Source: Squalus acanthias (Eukaryota). Taken from it: a DNA stretch of 64,000 nt. The stretch covers positions 4,154,001-4,218,000 of the forward strand of contig JASTWF010000035.1 of NCBI GenBank assembly GCA_030390025.1, read 5' to 3'. The translations under genes were made by a program, and so were the position numbers. The stretch's first letter is position 1; the number at the start of each line of letters is the position of its first letter. This document shows, in pieces, positions 36,714-47,500 of this stretch. The notes beneath the pieces are model-generated. The model was given only the letters and a program-made list of their open reading frames with translations, ran no database searches and had not been told where the DNA came from.

Positions 36714-37041
36714 ACACAGAATCCCCACATCGAGCCTGCACCTATCCCACCCTATCCCCGTAACCCCACGTATTTAATTCCCCCTAACATATCCCATCCT
36801 ATCCCTGTAACCCCACATATTTAATCCCCCCCTAACACTAAGGGTCAATTTATCATAGCCAAATCAACCTAACCCGCACATTTTTGGACTGTGGGAGGAA
36901 ACCGGAGCACCCGGAGGAAACCCACGCAGACACGGGGAGAATGTGCAAACTCCACACAGACAGTCACCCGAGGTCAGATTCGAACCCGGGTCCCTGGCGC
37001 TGTGAGGCACCAGTGCTAACCACTATGCCACCGTGTTGCCC
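36714..37041 (-). mobile_element. tRNA-derived V-SINE (HE1-like)
   Basis: Minus strand GGGCAACACGGTGGCATAGTGGTTAGC (A box)...GGGTTCGAATC (B box), then V-domain GTGTGGAGTTTGCACATTCTCCCCGTGTCTGCGTGGGTTTCCTCCGGGTGCTCCGGTTTCCTCCCACAGTCC. Internal ~50-bp duplication near the 3' end. Confidence 0.9.
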
Positions 37042-37384
37042 ACACGATTAGGCACTCTACAGCCTTCCGGACTCAACATCGAGTTCAACAATTTCAGATC
37101 ATAACCTCGGCCCCATATATTTTTTTTTCCTTTTATATTTTCTCTCTCCCACGTGGCAGCTGTCTTTCATTCTGCCAGTGCCATTTACACTTCATCCAGA
37201 GCCATCTTTTGTTTCTTAACTTGTCCCATTACCATCTCCTTTTGCCTTGCAGCATCTCTTAATGTCTCTTATTCTCTCCTGCCTTCCATCCTATCACAGA
37301 CCTTCCCTTTTGTTCTTTCCTCCCCTCCCCCCTTTCCCTGCCCCTACACTTGCTTAAAAACCTGTTCCATCTGCAACCTTTTCC

Positions 37385-37421
37385 AGTTCTGAATAAGGGT
37401 CTTCGACCTGAAACGTTAACT
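37385..37421 (+). ncRNA. Minimal hammerhead motif in the 3' pLTR, core mutated
   Basis: AGTT-CTGAATA-AGGGTC-TTC-GACCT-GAAACGTT-AACT. G8 of CUGAnGA is T; the palindromic AACGTT is retained. Confidence 0.7.
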
Positions 37422-38269
37422 CTGTTTCTCTCTCTACAGATGTTGCCTGACCTGCTGAGTATTTCCAGCCTTTTCTGCTGTTATTTCTAATTTCCAGCAC
37501 CCGCAGTAGTTTGCTTTTGTACCTGTTAGTACAACACGTGCGCTCCACCTTGCAGCTCCTTCACCCTCTGTCTGCAGGGATGTCAACTGTTCTCTGTAAC
37601 AACAAGATGCAAGTTACTGGTGAAATAGAGACAGTGGCCGATTGTGTAATATTGTGTGTCAGAGTGGAGATAAGCGGCCAGTGTAGAACACAGCCTGCCC
37701 TTGGAAAACAACATTATCACAATCTGCGGGGCCATAAATCACGGCCAATTGCTTAAAGTCAAAGACACACCCAGGCGATATTCTTAACCCTTTACAGCAT
37801 CACCCATTGCCTTCTATAGTGTACGTCCCAGGTGTATCAGGTGTTAGTCAGGTGTTAGTGAGGCGTTAATCAGGGGTTAGTCAGAGGCCAGTGTCGGGAG
37901 TGGAGAGAGCAGCAGCTCAGTGAGTATTTAACCTCACTTTCGCGGGCTTTTTTTCAGAGGCTTACCAATCTCACAGACCGGCGGCAGCGTTCCAGAGCCA
38001 CGTCACAATTCAAAAAGTGACGCGGACAAGAGGAAGCAGCTGATTGGGTGAGTACGGCCAGGTGAGTATTTATACTACTCTGTAGTTTGACAGTTAAGGT
38101 TAATAGTTTATAAAGTTTAGAAGGTCCTCATTTTTGTGGTTATAGTTTCTAAGGTCTCTGTTGTATAGCAGGGAGTGCTAGTATACAAGGGCCCTTGAGT
38201 ATATCATTTAATTGTAGTGTAATTTGTGGTATTGATTGGAGTTAATTTAAATGAATTAAAGGATAAGTC

Positions 38270-39213
38270 ATGGCAGCACAGCTCAGCCCCGTGGCATGCT
38301 CCTCCTGCACTATATGGGAAATCAGGGACACTTCCTGTGTCCCTGTTGACCATGTGTGCAGGAAGTGTATCCAGCTGCAGCTACTGGCAGACCGCATTGC
38401 GGCGCTGGAGCTGCGGATGGATGCATACTGGAGCATTTGCGATGCTGAGGACCTCGTGGATAGCACGTTTAATCAGTTGGTCACACCGCAGGTAAAGGTT
38501 GCACAGGCAGGAAGGGAATGGGTGACCGCCAGGCAGAGTAGTAGGCACAGGTAGGTAGTGCAGGGGTCCCCTGTGGCCATCCCCCTCTCAAACAGATATA
38601 CCGCTTTGGATATTGTTGAGGGAGATGGCTTATCGGGGAAGGCAGCAGCAATCAACTTCCTGGCACCATGGGGTGGTTCTGCTGCACAGGACGGGAGGGA
38701 AAAGAGCAGGAGAGCTCTTGTGACAGGGGATTCTATTGTAAGGGGAATAGATAGGAGTTTCTGCGGCCGCAAACGAGACTCCAGGATGGTATGTTGCCTC
38801 CCTGGTGCAAGGGTCAAGGATGTCTCGGAGCGGCTGCAGGGCATTCTGGAGGGGGAGGGTGAACAGCCAGCTGTCATGGTACATATAGGTACCAACGATA
38901 TAGATAAAAAACGGGATGAGGTCCTAAAAGCTGAATATAGGGAGTTAGGAGGTAAATTAAAAAATAGGACCTGAAAGGTAGTAATCTCAGGATTGCTACC
39001 AGTGCCACGTGCTAGTCAGAGTAGAAATAGAAGGATATTTCAGATGAATACGAAGAATGGTGCAAGGGGGAGGGATTCAAATTCCTGGGACATTGGAACT
39101 GGTTCTGGGGGAGGTGGGACCAGTACAAACTGGACGGTTTGCACCTGGGCAGGACCGGGACCGATGTCCTAGGGGGAGTGTTTGCTAGTGCTGTTGGGGA
39201 GGGTTTAAACTAA
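38270..39213 (+). pseudogene. CR1 ORF1: Cys zinc finger, leucine zipper and SGNH/GDSL esterase
   Basis: CSSCTIWE...CRKCIQLQLL...LELRM, NRYTAL, VTGDSIVR, CLPGARVKDV, HIGTND, DGLHL. In-frame stops and a deletion. Confidence 0.9.
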
Positions 39214-42195
39214 ATGGCAGGGGATTGGGAACCTGTGCAGGGAAACAGAGGAAAGGGAAGCAAGGATAGAAGCAAAAGACAGGAAGGAGAAAAGCAAAAG
39301 TGGAAGGTAGAGAAATCAAGGGTGTAAATCAAACAGGGCCACAGTAAATAATAATTCTAAAAGGACTAAGAGTGTTAAAAAAAAAAGCCTGAAGGCTTTG
39401 TGTCTTAATGCGAGGAGCATTCGTAATAAGGTGGATGAATTAGCTGTGCAAATAGATGTAAAGGGATGTGATATAATTAGGATTACGGAGACATGGCTCC
39501 AGGATGACCAAGGCTGGGAATTCAACATCCAAGGGTATTCAATATTCAGACAGGACAGGCAAAAAGGAAAAGGAGGTGGGGTAGCATTGCTGGTTAAAGA
39601 GGAGATTAACACAATAGTAAGGAAGGATATTAGCTCTGATGATGTGGAATCTGAATGGGTAGAGTTGAGAAATACCAAGGGGCAGAAAACGTTAGTGGGA
39701 GTTGTATACAGACCCCCATACAGTAATGCTGAGGTTGGGGATGGCATTAAATGGGAAATTAGATACACGTGCAATAAGGGCACACCAGTCATCATGGGTG
39801 ACTTTAATCTACATATAGATTGGGCTAACCAAATTAGTAACAATACTGTGGAGGAGGAATTCCTGGAGTGTATACGGGATGGCTTCCTGGACCAATATGT
39901 CGAGGAACCAACTAGAGATCAGGCCATCTTAGACTGGGTATTATGTAATGAGAAAGGATTAATTAGCAATCTTGTTGTGCGAGGCCCCTTGGGGTGGAGT
40001 GATCAGAATATGATAGAATTCTTCATTAAGATGGAGAGTGAAGTAGTTGACTCAGAGACTAAGGTCCTGAATTTAAATAAAGGAAACTACGATGGTATGA
40101 GGCACGAGTTGGCTAGGATGGATTGGGGAGCGTTACTTAAAGGGTTGACGGTGGATAGGCAATGGCAAACATTTAAAGATCACATGGATGAACTACAGAA
40201 TTTGTTCATCCCGGTTTGGCATAAAAATAAAACAAAAAAGGTTACTCAACCGTGGCTAACAAGGGAAATTAGGGATAGCATAAGATCCAAGGAGAACACA
40301 TATAAATTGGCCAGAAAAAGCAGCAAACCTGAGGATTGGGAGCAGTTTAGGATTCAGCAAAGGAGGACAAAGGGATTAATTAAGAGGGGGAAGATAGAAT
40401 ATGAAAGTAAGCTTGCAGGAACATAAAAACTGACCGTAAAAGCTTCTATAGATATGTGAAGAGAAAAAGATTGGTGAAATCAAGCATAGGTCCCTTGCAG
40501 TCAGAATCAGGGGTATTTATAATGGGGAACAAAGAAATGTCAGACCAATTAAATACATACTTTGGTTCTGTCTTCACAAAGGAGGACACAAATAAACTCC
40601 CAGAGATGTTGGGGAACATAGGGTCTAATGAGAGGGAGGAACTGAATGAAATCAGTATTTGTAGGGAAATGGTGTTAGGGAAATTGACGGAATTGAAGGC
40701 CGATAAATCCCAGGGCCTGATAATCTACATCCTAGGGTACTTAAGGAAGTGGCCCTAGAAGTAGTGGATGCATTGCTAGTCATCTTTCAAAATTCTATAG
40801 ACTCTGGAACAGTTCCCATGGATTGGAGGATAGCTCATGTAACCCCACTATTTAAAAATGGTGGTCGAGAAAAAACGGGGAATTACAGACCGGTAAGCCT
40901 GACATTGGTAGTGGGGAAAATGCTATAGTCCATTATAAAAGATGTAATAGCAGAGCACTTGGAAAGCAGTGGCAGGATCGGACAAAGTCAACATGGATTT
41001 ACAAAAAGTAAATGATGCCTGACTAATCTACTGGAATTTTTTGAGGATGTAACTGGTAAAATAGATAAGGGAGAACCAGTGGATGTGGTGTATTTGGACT
41101 TTCAGAAGGCTTTTGATAAGGTCCCGCATAACAGATTAGCGTGCAAAGTTAAAGCACATGGGATTGGGGGTAAGTTACTGACTTGGATAGAGAACTGGTT
41201 GGCAGACAGGAAGCAAAGAGTTGGAATAAACGGGTCTTTTTCCGAGTGGCAGGCAGTGACTAGTGGGGTACCGCAGGGATCGGTGCTAGGACCCCAGCTA
41301 TTCACAATATATATTAATGATCTAGACGAGGGAACTAGATGTAATATCTTCAAGTTTGCAGATGACACAAAGCTGGGTGGGTGTGTGTGCTGTGAGGAGG
41401 ATGCAGAGAAACTCCAGTATGATTTGGACAGGTTGGGTGATTGGGCAGATGCATGGCAAATGCAGTATAATGTGGATAAATGCAAGGTTATCCACTTTGG
41501 TGGCAAAAACAGGAAGGCAGATTATTATCTGAACGGCAATAGATTGGGAAAAGGGGAAGTGCAACGAGACCTGGGTGTCCTTGTGCACCATTCGCTGAAG
41601 GTAAGCATGCAGGTGCAGCAGGTGGTTAAGAAGGCAAATGGTATGTTGGCCTTCATAGCGAGAGGGTTTGAATACAGGAGCAAGGATGTCTTGCTGCAGT
41701 TGTACAAGACCTTGGTGAGACCACACCTTGAGTATTGTGTGCAGTTTTGGTCGCCTTATCTGAGGAAGGATGTTCTTGCCATGGAGAGAGTGCAGCGAAG
41801 ATTCACCAGACTGATACCTGGGATGGCAGGGATGACGTATGAAGAGAGATTGGGTCGATTAGGCTTATACTCGCTAGAGTTCAGAAGAATGAGAGGGGAT
41901 CTCATTGAAACTAATAAAATTCTAACAGTACTAGACAGACTAGATGCAGGAAGGCTGTTCCCAATGGCGGGTGAGTCCAGAACCAGGGGTCAAAGTCTAA
42001 GGATAAGGGGTAAGCCATTTAGGACTGAGATGAGGAGGAATTTCTTCACCCAGAGAGTGGTGAACCTGTGGAATTCTCTACCACAGAAGGCAGTTGAGGC
42101 CAAATCATTAAATATATTTAAGAAGGAGTGAGATATAGTTCTTAACGCTAAAGAGATCAAGGGATATGGGGAGAAAGCAGGGACAGGGTACTGAA
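39214..42195 (+). pseudogene. CR1 ORF2: APE endonuclease plus reverse transcriptase
   Basis: CLNARSIRNK, ITETWL, GVVYRPP, MGDFN, ILDWVL, SDQN, then YLDFQKAFDKVPH, KFADDTK. Several stops and a frameshift at about 40710. Confidence 0.93.
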
Positions 42196-42664
42196 TTTGG
42201 ATGATCAGCCATGATCTCATTGAATAGCGCAGCAGGCTAGATAGGCCGAATGGCCTACTCCTGCTCCTATCTTCTATGTTTCTATGTTTCTATATCATCC
42301 CTCCTTACAGCAGTAATTGACTCCTTGATTAATATTGCGACACCCCCTCCTATTTTACACCCCCCTCTGTCTTGCCTGAAGATTCTATACCCCAGAATAT
42401 TGAGCTGCCAGTCCTGCCCCTCCCTCAACCATGTCTATGTGATAGCAACAATATCATACTCCCATGTGTTCATCAACACCTTCAATTCATCTGCCTTATT
42501 CGTAAGACTCCTTGCATTAAAATAAATGCCATCCAGCCTTGCCATACTCCCTTGTGCCGTTACATATTTGCTCTGCCTTCCAGACTGACTTTTTTTTCCC
42601 TCAATATTTGGCTGTGCATCACCCCCTCCTATAGCTCCACTCCGTATCCCATCCCCCTGCCAAG

Positions 42665-43622
42665 TTAGTTTAAACCCCCGCCCCGCCCACCAACAGCACT
42701 AGCAAACCTCCCCGCAAGGATGTTGGTCCCGTTCCGGTTCAGGTGCAACCCGTCCGACTTGCACAGGCCCCACCTTCCCCAGAAGCAGACCCAGTGATCC
42801 AGGAAACTAAAGCCCTCCCTCCTGCACCAAGTCTTTAGCCACGCATTCATCTGCTCTATCCTCCTATTCCTATACTCACTAGCACGTGGCACCGGGAGTA
42901 ATCCAGAGATTACAACCTTTGAGGTCCTGCTTTTTAATCTGTGACCTAGCTCCCTAAATTCTTGTTGCAGGACCTCATCCCTCTTTCTACCCATGTCGTT
43001 GATACCAATGTGAACCACGACCTCTGACTGTTCACACTCCCCCTTCAGAATGCCCTGCAGCCGTTCAGTGACATCCTTGACCCTGGCACCAGGGAGGCAA
43101 CATACCATCCTGGAGACACGTCTGCGGCCGCAGAAACGCCTGTCTGCACCCCTCACTATTGAGTCTCCTCCCACTATTGCCCTTCCCCTCTTACTCTTCC
43201 CCGCTTGTGCAGCTGAGCCACCCACAGTGCCGTTAACTTGGCTCTAGCTGCACTCCCGAGGAACCGTCACTTTCACCGTTTTCCAACACAGAAAAACGGT
43301 TGTTGAGTGAGATGCACTCTGGGGCTTTCCTGACTACCTGCCTGCCCCCCTTCTTCTGACCACCAGTCTCCCATTCCCTCTCTGACTGCACTTTCTTAAG
43401 CTGCGGGGTGACCACGTCTAAAAACCTGCTATCCACGTAACTCTCAGCCTCACGGATACACCGCAGTGCCTCCAGCTGACGCTCGAGCTCCGAAAACCGG
43501 ATCTGAAGTTGGCCAAACCATTGGCACTTACTGCACATGTGGTCATCCTGACTGCAAGAAGCGTCTAGGAATTCCCACATGCTGCAGGCCGTGCAATGCA
43601 CGGGACTGAGGTCCCCTGCCAT
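42665..43622 (-). pseudogene. CR1 ORF1 (zinc finger plus esterase), frameshifted
   Basis: ORFs 43233-43622 and 42665-43225 are collinear with ORF1 at 38270-39213. Confidence 0.9.
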
Positions 43623-43663
43623 AATTTTAATGAAAAAACTCTTACCTTAAATTTAAACTCTCA

Positions 43664-44394
43664 GGGGGAAAAATTCAGCTGCTTGCGCCTCCCGTTAGCG
43701 CCTTAAGAGGGCGCTAATGGGGCGTAAAGCAGCTAACGCCCGGGCGCAGCGCCGCCCACGCCTCCCGAAAAATTTAGTGGGAGGTTAGCGGCGGCGGCAG
43801 CCGGTAGCGCCCTGTGGCGCTGCGCCGCCGGCGATGACGTCATCGCCGTGCGCAGCACCCCACTCGCGCCCCGGCCGTGATCTTCAGTCGCGCCCCCTGA
43901 TTTACCGCCAGACGCTATGTCCGACGGGTTCAGGGAGGCGTACGTGCGGCCGGGGCGGCGATATTTAAAGCGGAGGTGGCAGGCGGCCATTTTTGTTGCT
44001 GGCCGCCTGCCAGCACCTGCCCCCGGCCCCCGTGAAGCCACCCCACCGTGAAGTGCCGGATGCGCTCCATGAGCCCGGCACTTCTCTTGAGTGCCGGGCT
44101 CTTTTGCTGGCACTCCCGATCCCTGGGGGCCCAGCTGGGCCCCGGTTCGCGCTGCGCAGGGTCCCTCCCCTTTAAGAAGGGGAGGAAGCCCTGCAATACC
44201 ACGGCACGTAGCGCCAGGATATTCACTCGCAGCGCCCCAAGAGGGATGCAGGCTGCTTCCAGTTGCGCCCCGCTTCCCTCTTGGGGCGCAACCACTGAAG
44301 TTCCGGCGCGGGGCCGCTAATTTTTTCGGGGCGCTAAAAGTCGCGCCCCGGCGAGGTTAGCACCCCAAATGGGGCGCGACTCAATTTTTACCCC
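43664..44394. mobile_element. GC/CpG-rich MITE (PIF/Harbinger-like)
   Basis: TIRs GGGGGAAAAATTCAG / CTCAATTTTTACCCC (13/15 match); 3-bp TSD TCA at 43661-43663 and 44395-44397. Confidence 0.82.
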
Positions 44395-44593
44395 TCAGAT
44401 TCTCGCTCTCCCAAACTACCTTAACTATGAACTACCTTAAAAGAAATAAACATAAAATTGAAGAAAAAAAGCACTCACCCACTACTCACCAATCAGCATC
44501 TTCCCCTGCGCTGGCATCACTTTCTATACTGTGACGTCACTCTTGAATTCTGCCGCCACTCGACTGGGCCTGAAAATCACCGACCTTTATCCT

Positions 44594-47500
44594 GCCCTGT
44601 TTATTCACAGAATCTCCCGCTCTGTTTACTCACAGAATCTCCCGCCCTGTTTATTCACAGAATCTCCCGCTCTGTTTACTCACAGAATCTCCCGCTCTGT
44701 TTACTCACAGAATCTCCCGCTCTGTTTACACAGAATCTCCCGCCCTGTTTACTCTCAGAATCTCCCGCTCTGTTTACTCACAGAATCTCCCGCTCTGTTT
44801 ACACAGAATCTCCCGCTCTGTTTACACAGAATCTCCCGCTCTGTTTACACAGAATCTCCCGCCCTGTTTACACAGAATCTCCCGCTCCGTTTACACAGAA
44901 TCTCCCGCTCTGTTTACACAGAATCTCCGCTCTGTTTACTCATAGAATCTCCCGCTCTGTTTACACAGAATCTCCCGCTCTGTTTACACAGAATCTCCCG
45001 CTCTGTTTACACAGAATCTCCTGCTCTGTTTACACAGAATCTCCCGCTCTGTTTACTCACAGAATCTCCCGCTCTGTTTACACAGAATCTCCGCACTGTT
45101 TACACAGAATCTCCCGCTCTGTTTACACAGAATCTCCCGCTCTGTTTACACAGAATCTCCCGCTCTGGTTACACAGAATCTCCGCTCTCTTTACTCACAG
45201 AATCTCCCGCTTTGTTTACTCACAGAATCTCCCGCTCTGTTTACTCACAGAATCTCCAGCTCTGTTTACACAGAATCTCCCGCTCTGTTTACACAGAATC
45301 TCCCGCTCTGTTTACACAGAATCTCCCGCTCTGTTTATCACAGAATCTCCCGCTCTGTTTACTCACAGAATCTCCCGCTCTGTTTACACAGAATCTCCCG
45401 CTCTGTTTACACAGAATCTCCCGCTCTGTTTACACAGAATCTCCCGCTCTGTTTACTCACAGAATCTCCCGCTCTGTTTACTCACAGAATCTCCCGCTCT
45501 GTTTACACAGAATCTCCCGCTCTGTTTACTCACAGAATCTCCCGCTCTGTTTACTCACAGAATCTCCCGCTCTGTTTACACAGAATCTCCCGCTCTGTTT
45601 ACACAGAATCTCCCGCTCTGTTTACTCAAGAATCTCCCGCTCTGTTTACACAGAATCTCCCGCTCTGTTTACACAGAATCTCCCGCTCTGTTTACACAGA
45701 ATCTCCCGCCCTGTTTACACAGAATCTCCCGCTCTGTTTACACAGAATCTCCCGCTCTGTTTACTCACAGAATCTCCCGCTCTGTTTACACAGAATCTCC
45801 CGCTCTGTTTACTCACAGAATCTCCCGCTCTGTTTACACAGAATCTCCCGCTCTGTTTACCACAGAATCTCCCGCTCTGTTTACACAGAATCTCCCGCTC
45901 TGTTTACTCACAGAATCTCCCGCTCTGTTTACACAGAATCTCCCGCTCTGTTTACACAGAATCTCCCGCTCTGTTTACACAGAATCTCCCGCTCTGTTTA
46001 CACAGAATCTCCCGCTCTGTTTACTCACAGAATCTCCCGCTCTGTTTACACAGAATCTCCCGCTCTGTTTACACAGAATCTCCCGCCCTGTTTACACAGA
46101 ATCTCCCGCTCTGTTTACACCAGAATCTCCCGCTCTGTTTACACAGAATCTCCCGCTCTGTTTACACAGAATCTCCCGCTCTGTTTACACAGAATCTCCC
46201 GCTCTGTTTACACAGAATCTCCCGCTCTGTTTACTCTCAGAATCTCCCGCTCTGTTTACACAGAATCTCCCGCTCTGTTTACTCACAGAATCTCCCGCTC
46301 TGTTTACACAGAATCTCCCGCTCTGTTTACACAGAATCTCCCGCCCTGTTTACACAGAATCTCCCGCTCTGTTTACACAGAATCTCCCGCTCTGTTTACA
46401 CAGAATCTCCCGCTCTGTTTACACAGAATCTCCCGCTCTGTTTACACAGAATCTCCCGCTCTGTTTACACAGAATCTCCCGCTCTGTTTACACAGAATCT
46501 CCCGCTCTGTTTACACAGAATCTCCCGCTCTGTTTACTCACAGAATCTCCCGCTCTGTTTACACAGAATCTCCCGCTCTGTTTACACAGAATCTCCCGCC
46601 CTGTTTACTCACAGAATCTCCCGCTCTGTTTACACAGAATCTCCCGCTCTGTTTACACAGAATCTCCCGCTCTGTTTACACAGAATCTCCCGCTCTGTTT
46701 ACACAGAATCTCCCGCTCTGTTTACACAGAATCTCCCGCTCTGTTTACACAGAATCTCCCGCTCTGTTTACACAGAATCTCCCGCTCTGTTTACACAGAA
46801 TCTCCCGCTCTGTTTACACAGAATCTCCCGCTCTGTTTACACAGAATCTCCCGCTCTGTTTACACAGAATCTCCCGCTCTGTTTACACAGAATCTCCCGC
46901 TCTGTTTACACAGAATCTCCCGCTCTGTTTACACAGAATCTCCCGCTCTGTTTACACAGAATCTCCCGCTCTGTTTACACAGAATCTCCCGCTCTGTTTA
47001 CACAGAATCTCCCGCTCTGTTTACACAGAATCTCCCGCTCTGTTTACACAGAATCTCCCGCTCTGTTTACACAGAATCTCCCGCTCTGTTTACACAGAAT
47101 CTCCCGCTCTGTTTACACAGAATCTCCCGCTCTGTTTACACAGAATCTCCCGCTCTGTTTACACAGAATCTCCCGCTCTGTTTACACAGAATCTCCCGCT
47201 CTGTTTACACAGAATCTCCCGCTCTGTTTACACAGAATCTCCCGCTCTGTTTACACAGAATCTCCCGCTCTGTTTACACAGAATCTCCCGCTCTGTTTAC
47301 ACAGAATCTCCCGCTCTGTTTACACAGAATCTCCCGCTCTGTTTACACAGAATCTCCCGCTCTGTTTACACAGAATCTCCCGCTCTGTTTACACAGAATC
47401 TCCCGCTCTGTTTACACAGAATCTCCCGCTCTGTTTACACAGAATCTCCCGCTCTGTTTACACAGAATCTCCCGCTCTGTTTACACAGAATCTCCCGCTC

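Larger units (their letters stand above)
35285..37104 (+). pseudogene. Penelope RT (C-terminal part) plus GIY-YIG endonuclease, interrupted at 36591-37044
   Basis: MDVQSLYTSIP, GVAMGTRMGPNYA, RYIDD, HYKPT, CKRRRCNTC linker, VYCIRCSRCGLLYIAETKRRLGDRFAEH. LIF|RLGTLQPSGLNIEFNNFRS* resumes at 37045. Confidence 0.92.
35161..37523 (+). mobile_element. 5'-truncated Penelope-like element (Neptune-like Cys linker) with inverted 5' pLTR fragment
   Basis: Inverted pLTR at 35161-35263, ORF remnant, and 3' pLTR to about 37520. Flanked by TGTTAGTACA (35151-35160 and 37524-37533). Confidence 0.93.
37890..42293 (+). mobile_element. Near full-length CR1 LINE family A (5' boundary approximate)
   Basis: 5' UTR, ORF1, ORF2 and 3' UTR with TTCTATGTTTCTATGTTTCTAT tail. 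Confidence 0.95.
42294..44592 (-). mobile_element. CR1 LINE retaining only its 5' half (5' UTR, ORF1, start of APE)
   Basis: ORF1 at 43622-42665 (CTACSMWE...CSKC, GDSIVR, HIGIND, DGLHL). APE start FNARSLTNKADEL...GGGVAILIKE ends at 42294. The 5' UTR is interrupted by a MITE. Confidence 0.9.

Noticed and set aside
36970..37041. tRNA gene
   Set aside because: The A/B boxes belong to the tRNA-derived SINE head, which continues into the V-domain.
43733..44360. Overlapping GC-rich ORFs
   Set aside because: Inside a MITE; no transposase or other motif, and expected by chance at high GC.
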